Shown: positions 12,142 through 27,555 of the stretch, piece after piece
How positions within the stretch are numbered: the first letter of the stretch is position 1
How the letters are laid out: each line of letters begins with the position of its first letter
Translations under genes and position numbers: made by a program
DNA from: the human T2T-CHM13v2.0 reference genome, Homo sapiens
Length of the DNA stretch: 64,000 nt
Strand: one strand, 5' to 3'
Assembly: GCF_009914755.1 (NCBI RefSeq)
Contig: NC_060934.1
The notes under the pieces: model-generated
Database searches by the model: none
What the model was told of the DNA's origin: nothing
What the model saw: only the letters and a program-made list of their open reading frames with translations

Positions 12142-13920
12142 AAACATAACATATATACAGAAAAGTGAATTATAAATGTACACATTAATGAATTTCCATA
12201 CTCATGAACCCAGATCAAGAAACAAAAGATCTCCAGAACCTAAAACTCACACGAAAGATAATCATTACCCTGATTTCCAATATATAGATTACTTTTGTCT
12301 ATTTTTGTACCTTATATAAATAGAATATACAAAATGTCCTATTTTACATCTGATTTCTTTTGCCAAAAATTATGTCTGTGAGATTCATCCACACTGTTTG
12401 GTGTGGTCATAGTTTTTTCACTCTTATTGCAGTATAATATTCCATTGTGTGACTACAATTTGTTTATCTACTCTATTGTTGATGGATATTTGGGTAGTTT
12501 CCAGCTTGGGGCTATTACAAATGGTATATATTCCAGTAGATATATTTTGATGAACATCTTATATGCATTTCTTTTGAATAAACACTTGGGAATGGAATTT
12601 CAGGTGACTGCATATGCCTACATTCTTTTTTAACAGATATTGTGAAACAGTTACCTAAAGTGATTGTACCAATTATACCCCCTATACTAGAATTGTGTGA
12701 AAGTTCCAGTTATTCCACATCTTCACCAACATTTGCTATCATCAATTTTATTGTTAAGCCATTCTGGTGAGTATGTGAAGATATTATCTTGTTTTCAGTT
12801 CCCCTGATGATTCTAATGAATAACAAAGGATCAGAACCTCAGCTTTATCCCTACACTCATGATCACTTGGGGCTTATGAAGATAATGCTCTTCCTTTTTT
12901 ATCTAACTCAGTACTTCATGATATTCTACAGGCCAACCCAAAGTGTTAGGCCACAAAAATACTTTTTAAAAATCTTTTTTTATGCAAAAATTAGTTGGTG
13001 GATAACATTTTACTTTAAGTTCTCCAATGAATTTTTCTTATATTTTTGGCATGCATGGCTGTTTTCCACTAGTGACTGCTAAAAGTCAACAGAATAAGCA
13101 AGTAACAAATGAAACAATAGCATCTTCCAATCCACACATGGAATTCAAGAATATGTCTTTTGCTTCTGTAAATTTTTTTTTGGAAACCACAAACATTTCC
13201 TGCTAAGTATACAAGTTCCTTTGTGCCTGAGAGTCCTAATGTCCTTCATCCTGCTCTTTATGTGCCATGTGATCCTCCCCCGACTATAATCAATTATAGT
13301 TGTAAACATCTGACCCAAGCTGGGCCAATCTGATTCTCTTTCTATCTCTCTCGGAAATTTAGAATTAAGACTTAGGGCTGATTCAATTATTTAGAGCCAT
13401 GCAAATGTGTGAAAATGGAACTAGAATTGGCAATGAGTTAGCTGAAAGCCAGATAAAAAGCAAGTGTGACATTAGCATGAACAGAGCTAGGGTTGTATAG
13501 CTACAAGACAGTATGAGAGAAAAATTAAATATGGGTTGCACAAAATAATTTCAATCTCAAAAATCCAAATTATTTTAGTTCTCTGGTACCAGCGAGGACT
13601 AATCGAGATGGATGCCTGCCACCTCTTGTCATTGAATGAGAAAGACATGGAGTCTGAAATAGATGACCAGACTCAGAAAAAAGAAGCCTCTTAGCATGTG
13701 AAGGAGAATAATCCCCAAAAGGTCCTTTTGGATAAAGATGATAAATAGAAATTAATGGTTCAGACTCCACTGATACTAATTTATCATGCATCAAATATTG
13801 ATTTTGTCATGATATGTTGCACCATCTTTGTGGTCTATTTTAATGCATGTAAGATTATAAGCTTTCATCAGTTCATCTACAATCATTGTCCATTTAATAT
13901 ATGTATTTTTTCCTATACAG

Positions 13921-14224
<304 letters not shown>

Positions 14225-14298
14225 TCCTATACAGTTTTAAATTCTCCAATCACATAGCTCTTTGGTACAAGACTTCCAAACTTAGAGATGAATAATAT

Positions 14299-14542
<244 letters not shown>

Positions 14543-14601
<59 letters not shown>

Positions 14602-14618
14602 GAGAAAGAGAGAGAGAG

Positions 14619-14657
<39 letters not shown>

Positions 14658-14681
14658 AGGAAAGAAAGAAAGAAGGAAGGA

Positions 14682-14724
<43 letters not shown>

Positions 14725-14743
14725 GGAAAAGAAAAGAAAAGAG
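14543..14743 (+). repeat. Compound (GAAA)n/(GA)n/(GGAA) microsatellite, pure purine tract derived from the Alu tail
   Basis: About 200 nt of only A and G directly after the Alu. Confidence 0.98.
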
Positions 14744-14803
14744 TTAAGACAAAATCCGTAATGTCCCATTTAACAGCTCATTGGTTTATTTTTGATAAAT
14801 GTC

Positions 14804-15143
14804 TGTATCAGTTAGGATAGGCTGGGTTTTGCTGTGGTAACAAAACTCCAAAATATTACTTAAACAAACAAAAATGTATTTCTTGTCCACACTGTATGTT
14901 TGATGTGGGTTGGCAGAAGGGTTGTACACCTCATAGCAACCCTGGGACTCCAGTGAACAGAGACTCCACCTCAGCGTGGACTTTCACGAACACTGCACCA
15001 TAGGGAAGGAGATGAAGATGATCATACACTGACTTTGAAAGCTTCTGCTTAGGTTTCTTTGGCTAAAACATGTTATGTGACCATACCTTATCAAAGGATA
15101 CAGAGAACCAAAATATGTGCAACTGGTCTTAGCAACTAACACA
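14804..15143 (-). mobile_element. Old MaLR LTR (MLT1I/J-like)
   Basis: TGTATCAGTTAGGATAGGCTGGGTTTTGCTGTGGTAACAAA start. Confidence 0.6.
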
Positions 15144-15685
15144 GTATGTGTGATTTAAAATGTTCTACTGTGTGCTTATCATACAATTAGCTTTCAGACT
15201 TGGTAAGTTGCTTCTCATTTGTGTGATGGAATTAAGCACTCAAGAATTCTTTCCTCAGCTGCACTGGCACCTGAGTTCATTTGAAAACTGCTGGCGTAAC
15301 CCATAGTGGGAATTCCTGTTAGATGAGAATTTACTGGGGGCCGGCTGAGGCCCACACATATCACACCACACAGGCAAATCCCGCTACCAGACCTGAGGCC
15401 AGTCCTCTTTCTAGACCATGGTGTCACTGGAATATTGGAAATCTGGGCATTAGCTTGAGTTTTGGAGGGGTTGAAACTGCAAAAATGAAGCAAAACAAGT
15501 AGTCTGCTCTAAGGGGAAAGAATCTAACATGGTGTTTAGGGTCTTGTTTAACCTAGAGTACCTTGGTATCACCACACCCTGTTGGGGAGAACGCACAGTG
15601 TTATGTCACGAATGAGCTGTAAGTCTTTAAAAAGCCATCTTTCTTTTCTGAGCTATAAAATAAACAGGTCAGAAAAGAACAGCAA

Positions 15686-15986
<301 letters not shown>

Positions 15987-17004
15987 TAATTTTTAAGTGC
16001 AAGACCCTTTACAGAAATAAATCACATTCTGAGTCCCAATGTATAAGACAGATACAAAGGGATTCCAGAATGGAAGGGCAGCCCCACATCCTCATAGACC
16101 TCACTCTAAAGAGCAGTCCCTAAAACACCTTCACACAGACTCTGTAGAGCTCCAGGGAGCTTGGTTTTAAAATGTCAGGATTCTGTAACCTCTAAGATCT
16201 TTTCCTGTGATTCTGTTGTTCTAGCTTTAATGCCAGCATTTCCTGGTTCCAAATCCGAAGAAACAAGTGAGTACGCACAATGCTCCTTCCCTGGCCCAAG
16301 GCTGAGCCCTGCCTGGGCCCAGTCCCATCACTCCTCCGTGGCACCAAACGTCCCTCCCTGGCCTACTCCCCAAGTGTTGAAAATCTTTACCATTTGCAGT
16401 CCGAAAGATTCATGCCCAGGACTGTCAATAGCACCGACATCCTTTGCCTCTGCTTGAGAAAGAGCAAGCCATGTCTGTGCATTGGAAATCTCACAGGTCA
16501 ATGCCCTTCTGCTTCCGTGTCCTGGCTCCATTCCTCTTCTCACCTCATCAAGTGCTGTTTTTCGTCATCCAAGTGTCATGAGGGGTGGTGAGTTGCAGTG
16601 GAAGGAGGCTCTCATCCTGTCCAAGAACCCCTTGGTAATTCTCCAGGTAATTAATGAGGACTCTGGGGGACACTGGGAACGCCTTTGGAATGTTAAACAA
16701 AGTGGCTTTTATTCTGGCTGCCTTGCTGCGGCTTCTTCCTCATAATGAAGGGGCCAATTGTGCTGTTGGTGGGTGTATCTGAAACGCCCTCTGCCACCAT
16801 GGCCCTAGGCTTTCCTTTGGCCTGTTGATTTGGTCTCATGTCAGGGTGTTTCTGGCAGAAGAGGGACAAGACCTTTATTTTAAGGCTCATAACAACCAAG
16901 AACACCCTTTCCATCATCAGCATTTAAAATGCTGTATTATTTGCCAATAAGCCATGTCTTTATCTAGGTCACTTGCCTTGTCTTTAACCTGAGCCATCTC
17001 TAGC

Positions 17005-17140
17005 TTCTTGCTACTCTAAGAGTGGTTTGGACCATAGGAATCACCTGGGAACTTGCTAGAAAGGCAGAACCTCAGGCCCCACTCCAGACAGACTGGATCA
17101 GAATCTACATTTTAATAAGATCCCCAGATCATTGCTCTAG
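17005..17140. mobile_element. MER5A-like hAT-Charlie MITE
   Basis: ATCACCTGGGAACTTGCTAGAAAGGCAGAACCTCAGGCCCC...ATCAGAATCTACATTTTAATAAGATCCCCAG. Confidence 0.75.
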
Positions 17141-17199
17141 TCTAGACAACTACAGAAGTTTGAGTGACTTGGTCAATGGCCAGAGCCCAGGTATCTTGG

Positions 17200-17325
17200 A
17201 GAGGCACATTGTTTGTCAGAGAGCACTGGTCTGGGAGTCAGAAGACCTGGCTTTCCATTCTGAGTCGGCCACTAACTCTCTGAGTGGCCTTGGCTAAATC
17301 AGTTATCCATTCTGGAATCTTGGAT
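17200..17325 (+). mobile_element. MIR SINE
   Basis: AGAGCACTGGTCTGGGAGTCAGAAGACCTGG...GGCCTTGGCTAAATCA. Confidence 0.7.
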
Positions 17326-17849
17326 GAGCTGGACTCCTGCCTCCCCAAGTGCTTGCTCTCAAGACAGAAAACAGAAAGGTATGCTTTCTCCTGCATGCTG
17401 ATGACATGATTTGATTGCCAAACACTTAACAGACAATTGTCCCTGAGACCTAATTTCTCTCAGGAGCTTCAGAGCAGCTACCATAGCTTTTTGTTTTGTT
17501 AACTGTCTCCCAGCATTTAATTGTTTTATCACATTCAGTGTCTCTCTATGGCAACTCACTTTGTTAAGTTCCCTGAAGGTATCTCTTTGCACTTGACTTT
17601 TTTCAGTTTCCAAAAGATGAGTCATCATATCTGCCTTGCTTATCACACAGGGCTGTGCTGAGAAGCCACTGAGGCAGCACCTTAAAAAGTATGAGGTGCT
17701 GTCACATATACTGCAAACTGACAGAGTCTTTCTGGGAAGGCCATTTAGTGACATGAGTTTTTTTAACCTTAAAAATATGTACACCCTTTCCAGAGAATCA
17801 TCTGATAAGCCCTGGGGGGAAAGAATCATGGATGAGTGCAAAGGCTGTT

Positions 17850-18250
17850 AATCACCACAGCATTATTAGTAATGGTGGAAAAAGTCTAAACAACCCAAAT
17901 GTCCAACAATAGGAAACTGGGTAAATAAACTAGTAAATGATGATGTCCCATAACATAGAATTCTATGAGCTATTAAAAATGCTGCTGAAGATGAGTATTG
18001 AAAGATGTGGAAAGCGATTGGTGATTTCTCACCAATTAATGAAAATATGCTGAAGACTGTATTATGGATTGTGATCACATTCCAGTTTGAGAATAATGTA
18101 TATAAATATTTATAGGAAAGGGGCTGAAAGCATCCATATTGTTTGTTAATACTGATGACACACTGTTGATTATAGGTAGTTATATTTTCCTCATTTTGTT
18201 TATCTATATTTTTAATTATGACAGTGCAATACAATTTTCAAAAGGAAAAC
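17850..18250 (+). mobile_element. Old L1M (L1ME-type) 3' fragment
   Basis: AAACAACCCAAATGTCCAACAATAGG...GGTAAATAAAC. Confidence 0.7.
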
Positions 18251-18302
18251 ATGTTTTTGAAAAAGGAAGGTATAGCAACATTCCTTAACAATTAGAAGCA
18301 CT

Positions 18303-18800
<498 letters not shown>

Positions 18801-19388
18801 GCAATTAGAAGCACTGTTTTTATCATCACTTTACTCATCAGTGAAGAAAGCCCCTCTGGCTGGGGAAGAGGGGAGCCAAAAGACAGCATTTCACGTTGGT
18901 CATGCTGCTGACCTCACATCCACCATGTGAGCAGACTTTAAATGGTACCCTACAGCATCTGCAGGTGGTAAAGGAAGCAATGTCTTCATTCAGGAACTCA
19001 GAGGAGAGGGGGAACTAGGGAGGAAACCATAAATTTTTCCTAGAACACAAACTGAAATTCATAGTCCTGCAAAGTGAGCAGTGCATAGGTATGTTGCATG
19101 CCTCCTGCAAGGACCTCAGATCCCAAACACAGTTACAGAACCAGGCAGTGGGGATGCAGACAACATTTCTCCTGTCTGGCCTAAAGCAGTAAGACCAATT
19201 TACCTGCCAGATGTTCCTTCCAAAACCCAAAGGAAGGTGATTTGTTTTCAAGAGGGAAAAGGAATTTGAGTCTATGGTTTTATTTCCTCCTAGTTCATTG
19301 AAAAGAAGGTTTGTCTTCCTTATTTAAAATACCACAGAAGAGTGCTAACAGTGATGGGAAGCCTGCTTTGTCTCTTGCATTACAAATC

Positions 19389-19525
19389 ATAGTAGTAGTG
19401 GTAGTAGTAGTATCAGTAGCAGTAGTGGTGGTGGAACAGTGGAAGTAGTAATAGGGGTAGTAGTGGTGGTGGTGGTGGTAGTGGTGGTGTTTGTAGCGGT
19501 AGCAGAGGTAGTGATAGTAGTAGAA
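19389..19525 (+). repeat. Degenerate (TAG)n/(TGG)n trinucleotide repeat
   Basis: AGTAGTAGTGGTAGTAGTAG...GGTGGTGGTGG; adjoins the tail of a minus-strand MIR (about 19530-19710). Confidence 0.9.
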
Positions 19526-20536
19526 GCAACATTATATGCCTGACATTTTGCCTGTATGATTTTATTTAAATCTTCATAACAACCCTGTCAGGTAGGTAGT
19601 ATTACAAAGAGGGACACTAAAGCTCAGAGAAAGTAATTGGCTCAGAGTGACACAGTTAGTAAGAACTGGAAATTGCATTCCAACTAGGAATTCCAAAATA
19701 CCTTCTTTCTACTATAACACACCAGAAAATTAAGATGCTACCAGCCCCACTTATATTTGTCAAAAGCCTGATGATTATGGGTTAATTCAGCCCTTGTTTT
19801 GCATCCATACATGGCATGAAGTTGGTTCTAGAATTGTCTACAAGAGTCCAATTACATTCAACAAACTCATGATGCTTTTTATATTTTTTTAAACTCAATC
19901 TCTTCTTACATCAATAGTGAGACTCTTAAAATATTTTCTCTTCACTTCCATAAAGACCCACTTCACTTTCCGGGAGATATTATTCTTCCACCTGGATAAT
20001 GTACCAGCCAACATTCCCTGCATTGGCTATTATCAAGTGTGAGGCTTTCCCTGGTCTCCCTCTGCTAGAACACTGTTTGCTTTTGAGCAGAATTTGATAT
20101 AAGACCAGTTCACTGTAACCCTATCCAAGCATGTTTAGCTAGAAAAGGATGAAGAGAAATTTTTTCTTAGCTTTTATAGAGTAATTTGTTGGTTTATGTT
20201 TCCCAGTGATGAAACTGTGACTGAGTTAAAGGATATTATATAGCAGAGATATTTCTGCCATGGCCTAGGTATTGTAAACCTGTCTGCAGGTTCAGGGAAG
20301 CACCACCTCTGCTGAATCGAAAAAGAAAATTGTCTGGGGATCAGGAGAAAGGATTCTCCAAAAGGCCAATGTTCTTATAGAGAAGCTCCTAGTACCTAAG
20401 AAGATACTCATTAGTTCAGTTTATTCATTCATCAGGCATCATCTGTGTTCAGGCATACTTCTTGGCACTGGGTATTCAATGGGATGCATATTAGACAGAG
20501 TATCTGCACTTGTAGAGCTTAGAAAGAAGCAGGAAA

Positions 20537-21108
20537 TGTATCAGGAATGCTCTCGGCTACAAGTGACAGAAAAACCAGCAAGCAGTGCCTTTTTAAAAAG
20601 TAGAGTTATTTTTCTCCATAACAAAAAGTCCGTGAGTATGGAGTCCATAGCTATTGCAGCAGCTGAAAGTTCCTATGTGTTTCCTTCTTTCCACCCCAAA
20701 TCTTCAGCATGGTGGCTTTTCAGTTTTTTTTAATTGCATGTCTCAAGATGGTGACCACAGCTCTAGATAGTATATCTACATTTAAGGCAAAATGAGAGGG
20801 TAGAGGAGTGCCAGTCATATCTGATTATTTTATGCAGAAAGCAAAGGCTTTCCAAGAAGTCCTTTGGCAGACTTCTGCTTAGACTGCCTTGGCCAAAACA
20901 TTTACATGAACCACCCCAAGCTATGAAGGAGGCTGGAAATGTAAATATCTGGTGAGTGGAATTACAGTCATTGACTTTGACTAATCACAATTCAACCTCA
21001 GAGGACAGGCCACTGCCATCCTAAACAAAATCAGGGTAATTAAAAGAGGCTGGGGTATGTGGTGAGAAGGGGAGGATGAAAGGTAGCTAACTAAAACTGT
21101 CTGTCTCA
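20537..21108 (-). mobile_element. Old MaLR LTR (MLT1K/L-like)
   Basis: TGTATCAGGAATGCTCTCGGCTACAAGTGACAGAAAA...CAAGATGGTGACCACAGCTCTAG...TTGGCCAAAAC. Confidence 0.65.
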
Positions 21109-21705
21109 ATAAGAAAGATTCAAACCAGCATTAGGAGACCTCACTGAAGCTTGATGTCTAATGTTGTAAACTTTTGGCCATCCCAGCTGCACATCAGGCT
21201 GAAGACATTCCTTGGGTTCCCAGGCATGCCTCACTCAGGCGGAGCATAAAACCAGGGCCAGAGGCAACAACAGCTTCTCTGGAATCGGTGATGACAATAT
21301 TGTATATTAATGTTTTCCTGTGAATGGTTTCAAGTCTGTATATGTCCTGGTCTTCTGACCTACCTCGTCACCTGAAATCTAAATGTCTCTTTGCTCCCTA
21401 ATACCACTGCCAACTTCTTGGAATTAGAGACTTAGAAGCTTTTCTTCAGACTGTGAGCCTCTAAGAAGTGACGCTTTTCTTAGATGATCACTTAGGCCCT
21501 TACTTAGACCCTTGCTTTCTTCGAAGAAAGAAAAGTAAAACCCAAATACCCATCAAACAGAAAATGGTTGAAGAAACTATGGTATATCTTCACAATGAAA
21601 TATACCATATGGCAGTCAGACAGAATGATGCAGCTTTATATGCACAAAAAGCAAACTGCAAAGCAACACATAGAACACAATAGAATGTACGTCTGAGATA
21701 ACCTT

Positions 21706-22204
21706 TGTGGTGGTTGTAAAATATGTCCATAAATTCTTTCATACAACTCTTCAATCCATCTCCCCTTGAAAATTAGTGATTCACTTGTAATGAATAGAAT
21801 GAAGTAGTAGCAGCAGTATGCAACTTCAGAGACAAAGTCATAAAAGACATTGTGGCTTCCTCCTCATTCACTTTATCTTAGATTGCTTACTCTGGGGGAA
21901 GTTGGTTGCCACGTTATAAGGACATTTCAGTGGCCAACAGAGATATCCATGCAACAAGAAGCTGAAGCTTCCTGCTAACAGATATGAGTGAGCCATCTTG
22001 GAAGAAGATTCTACACATCCCCAGTCGAGCCTTCAGATGACTGCAGCCCCTGCCAACATCCAACCCTATGAGAGACCCTGAGTTACAACCACCCAGCTAA
22101 GCTGCTCCTAAATTCCTGATCCACAGAAACTGCAAGATAATAAAATTTTGCTGTTAAGCCATTACGTGTTGGTGTAATTTGTTTGCAACAATAGATAACC
22201 AACA
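21706..22204 (+). mobile_element. MLT1F/G-like LTR
   Basis: TGTGGTGG start; CAGCTAAGCTGCTCCTAAATTCCTGATCCACAGAAACTG...AATAGATAACCAACA end. Confidence 0.8.
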
Positions 22205-22229
22205 TGGCCTTATTATTTGCATATGTAAT

Positions 22230-22410
22230 AATAAGACTCAAGCCCCTCCTCTGTGTTAGTCACTGTGTTTAAAGTCTCAACATCAAATCCTCATAATAAC
22301 TCTGTAAGGTAGAGTCTAACATTATCCTTATTTTACAGAGGAGGAATCCAAGGCACAAGGAAGCAAAGTAATTTGACCAAAGATGTATAGCTCTTTGAAC
22401 CCAGGCAATC
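22230..22410 (-). mobile_element. MIR SINE
   Basis: ATTTTACAGAGGAGGAATCCAAGGCACAAG...GTAATTTGACCAAAG. Confidence 0.7.
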
Positions 22411-22477
22411 TTTGAATGATTACCTGTAAACTTGTATACTATACTACACTACACTATTCTATACCATACTTTCATTT

Positions 22478-22503
22478 GTGTATGTGTGTGTGTGTGTGTG
22501 TGT
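22478..22503 (+). repeat. (TG)n microsatellite
   Basis: TGTGTATGTGTGTGTGTGTGTGTGTG. Confidence 0.9.
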
Positions 22504-22546
22504 TGCAATGTATTCTATGATGTGTGCAGAGAAAGTACATATGACC

Positions 22547-22664
22547 AGCCAGTTGCAGTGGCTTATGCCTGTAATCCCTGCACTTTGGGAGGCCAAGGCA
22601 GGCAGATCACTTGAGGTTAGGAGTTTGAGACCAGCCTGGCCAACATGATGAAATAAAATAAAAT
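22547..22664 (+). mobile_element. Alu left-arm fragment with an A-rich tail
   Basis: About 105 bp of Alu 5' end, then (AAAAT)n; TSD AAAGTACATATGACC/AAAGTATGTATGATC. Confidence 0.85.
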
Positions 22665-22768
22665 AAAGTATGTATGATCACAGGTTACTTCTTAGAATTG
22701 GAGAGAGAATAAGAGAAAGGGGGGTTTTTAATTTTCCTCTACTTTCTTCTGTACTGTTTGAAGGTTTT

Positions 22769-23047
<279 letters not shown>

Positions 23048-24547
23048 GCTTGAAGGTTTTTACGATAAAAATGCATTATTGTAATACCTGTGTAGTTAAA
23101 ATTTTAGCTAAGCTGGCAAATAGCTGTATGCTATTCAAGAAATGAAGTGTTAGGGAAGGAAGGGGCACATATGACCAAATCTAAGTCATCAACATGGATT
23201 CACTTTGGAGTGAATCAGATTGGCTGCTTCTGTGGATTTGCAGGGGGAGATGGGGTACTCTCAGAGCCCTTTCCCCTCCAATACCACCAACCCAAGGCTC
23301 CCTCCTTTTCCTACGGTCCATGAGGCAGGTAGAAGATGTGCCCTCCTGACCCAAAGACTTCTCTCAAGACATGCCCAAGAGTCCTGCCATCTCCTCCACA
23401 GCTGCCTACATGCTTGTCAGGGTGTGACACATGGTATCCCATCTGGAGACCACAGGTAGGACAGTTGGCCAGGACACGGAGAATCTATTCTTGTTCTGGG
23501 CTTGAGCCTGATTCAGGAATAGACTCTGAGAGCAAAGTCCTCAGGATCTCTCCCCTCGTGACCAGGAAGGATCATGCGGCTGATGTGCTCCCTGGCACCA
23601 TCCTTGCAACTGTGGGGAAGATATATTTAGCATCTGGCCTGTGAGAGAGCTGTCATTACAATCTCACTATGAGGCTGCCTCAGTAACTCCAGGGCACTGG
23701 TCACAGCCTAATCCTGTCTATTTTTACATGTTCAGGTTTGTAGAGTGGTAATAAGAGTTATCTGTCTGATGCAAGACAGGATCAGATAGGCCTGCCCTGG
23801 TGATAGATGGCCTTGAGCTTCTGATATGTGATAAGTCACACCACTGCCCACTCCCTGATGGCTGCAGTGTGGCTGGAGGTTCACCTAGCTTGTAGGAACA
23901 GGGCTGTTCTATGTTAATGCCAGATACCTTGTAGGGTAAGCCCATGAAAGGGGCTTTTTCATAGCCCCTAAAGGAAAGAAGCCAGGGCTCAGATGAACTC
24001 TTGCCCCAAGAGGCACCATTTCTTGAACAACCACAGCAAACCTCATTAATCAATCTCAGTACTCTTTTTCACTGAGCCCTCAGAATTATCCATGAGAGAT
24101 CATCCCTGGAAGCCTCTACCAATCAATACTAGTTGCCCCTTATGATGAAAATGATGAGCTAACTTTGGGCTGGAGGGACTGAGAAAGTCATTAGTGAAGA
24201 GTTGATCGGGGCAAAGGGTGAGATGATGCCAAGTTTAGAAGGTGGTGGGAAGGTAAGAGGGCCTGGGTGCCTCACAATGGCAGGAAGGAATCAATGAGGG
24301 CTAAATGCTATGATTTAGACATTAACAAGAGTTGGTGACACATCAAGCACAAGATAGAGTTAGAAGGACAGCTTCTCTTATCATGTTACCATGGATAAAT
24401 CCCTTCACTACTCTGTTCCTCAAATGTCCTACCTGTAAAATGAGCGACCACTTCTAGCATTGACACCTTACAATTCACGTTATTTACCATAGCATGGAAT
24501 TCAGTGACTGTTGACTGCAGCATCCCATAGTTTTCTTTTCAGGGTCA

Positions 24548-25098
<551 letters not shown>

Positions 25099-25371
25099 TT
25101 AGCCTCTAGTTTGAGAGAAAGAAATAAAACAACACTAGAACAACTAACAAATATATAACAAAGACATGAGTGCCTTTGTCTTTTATCAGTTGCTCCACAT
25201 GTTTCATTCAATCTTCTGGGAAAGAAAAGCAACTGGAAAGCTTTAATGTATTCATTCAATAAACACTGAGTATTCATTATATTCCAGATTCTGCTGAACT
25301 AATCAAATACAACATTTGACCTCAAGATTTACTCCCAACCCAAAAAACACGCAGTGTTGGTCTAATATTTA

Positions 25372-26137
<766 letters not shown>

Positions 26138-26434
26138 CACTTCTCATTTTTCTTATACCAATCTGTTATGTCCATTCTGTCATTTCCTGCCCGGCTCTGC
26201 AAGACACTGGGGAGCGTCAGCCCTGCCCCAGAACCTGGAATGCAAAGGGAGTCATTTGTTCCCCTCATCATCAGAAACAAACATTTATTGAGCACTTACA
26301 TATCAAAAGACTAACCTGAAATGTAGGAGGCTCTTCTTTGAGCCCCTGTGTTGGCATTTGGGGATGAGGGAGAAAGAAAAGAGAGGAGAAGAAATGAGGA
26401 GGAGCAGTTCAGAAAACAACATAATCTTATTGCA

Positions 26435-26763
26435 ACCTTTAAACAAAGGAGGGGTAACATTCTTCCCACCTTTCCTATTTGGCTGTCTGGGACATAGATG
26501 TGATGGTGGATCTCTAGCAGCCATCTTGCACATGAGGGTGAGGGCTACACCATGGAAATAATGTGTAAGGAGTCCGAGTCCTTAATGTCTTCATGGAACT
26601 TCCACAACTAGTGTTATGTGACAAAATAAAGCCTTGAGGGTAAAAATCATTGTTTTGTGTTTCCTGCCTCATGGGCTATCTCAAAAATAAATAAGTAAAT
26701 AAATAAGCAAAAATCATATTTAACATTAAAATATAGAAGCCAACCCTAATTCTACTGATTACA
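26435..26763 (+). mobile_element. MLT1J-like LTR, 3' half
   Basis: GATGTGATGGTGGATCTCTAGCAGCCATCTTG...GTGACAAAATAAA...CTACTGATTACA. Confidence 0.65.
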
Positions 26764-26967
26764 AAGTTTATGTCCAAATCCAAGGCTAGTCTGTGGGATC
26801 TTCCTGGGAGCCTCTAATATTCTACAGGAGCAATCGAGACGCAACCCAGTGGATAATCCCAAACACTTTACTTCTGCTATTGCTTCCTGGTGGTCTCAGA
26901 GATCACTCCAGCCACTTCAAAGGGCCATCTAAACACTGATTTGGGAATCTGATCCTACCTGGTGATA

Positions 26968-27555
26968 TGTATCAATAAGGATGCATTGGGTGACTGATCA
27001 TAGAAAGCTCAAGTCAACTATTTTAAACAATAAAGACATTTTGCTGTCTCATTTGATAAGAAGTCCAGAGGTAGAACATTTCCAGAGCTAGTTAATTCAG
27101 TGGCTCAGTGACACCACCATGGATTCAGGTTCTTTTCATCATGCAAATTGGCCAACCACAGTGTGTCGGCATTTGTCCTCGGTGTGACTCTTTTGGTTGC
27201 AAGTACATCAAGCACCCTGTCCTCATCCAGCAAACTCTAAAACCATAGAGACTAAGATTGTGTAGCCCTTACTGTCACTGCTCTTTAAGATGGGGGAAAA
27301 CTTTCCCCAAAGTCCCCCACTTCATGTTTCATTGGTTAGAATTCAACCACATGCTCATCCCAAACCAGTCCCTGGCAAAGAGGATAAAATGATTATGATT
27401 GGCTCAAACTAACCAAGATTTATTCTCTAGGGACAGAGAGGGGTAAGGTCTTCCATCAAACCATGGAAGCCCAATATCAATCAAAACTGGGGTTCTGCTG
27501 GGAAGGAATAAGGAGCAAGAAATGGCTATTGAATATGCAATGAACAGTTTCACCA
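26968..27555 (-). mobile_element. Old MaLR LTR (MLT1K/L-like)
   Basis: AAGAAGTCCAGAGGTAG...CATTGGTTAGAATTCAACCACATGCTCATCCCAAACCAGTC. Confidence 0.65.

Larger units (their letters stand above)
11375..12820 (-). mobile_element. Old L1M (L1MB/ME-type) 3' region interrupted by MLT1A
   Basis: TTTTATCAAAGTA|ACATAACATATATACAGAAAAGTG and GATGGATATTTGGGTAGTTTCCAG motifs. Confidence 0.75.

Noticed and set aside
17359-17841. 160-aa minus-strand ORF
   Set aside because: No recognisable domain or exon context; this length can occur by chance
19389-19525. Periodic TAG/TGG array as a CRISPR-like or coding repeat
   Set aside because: Degenerate trinucleotide microsatellite from a MIR tail; no repeat-spacer structure
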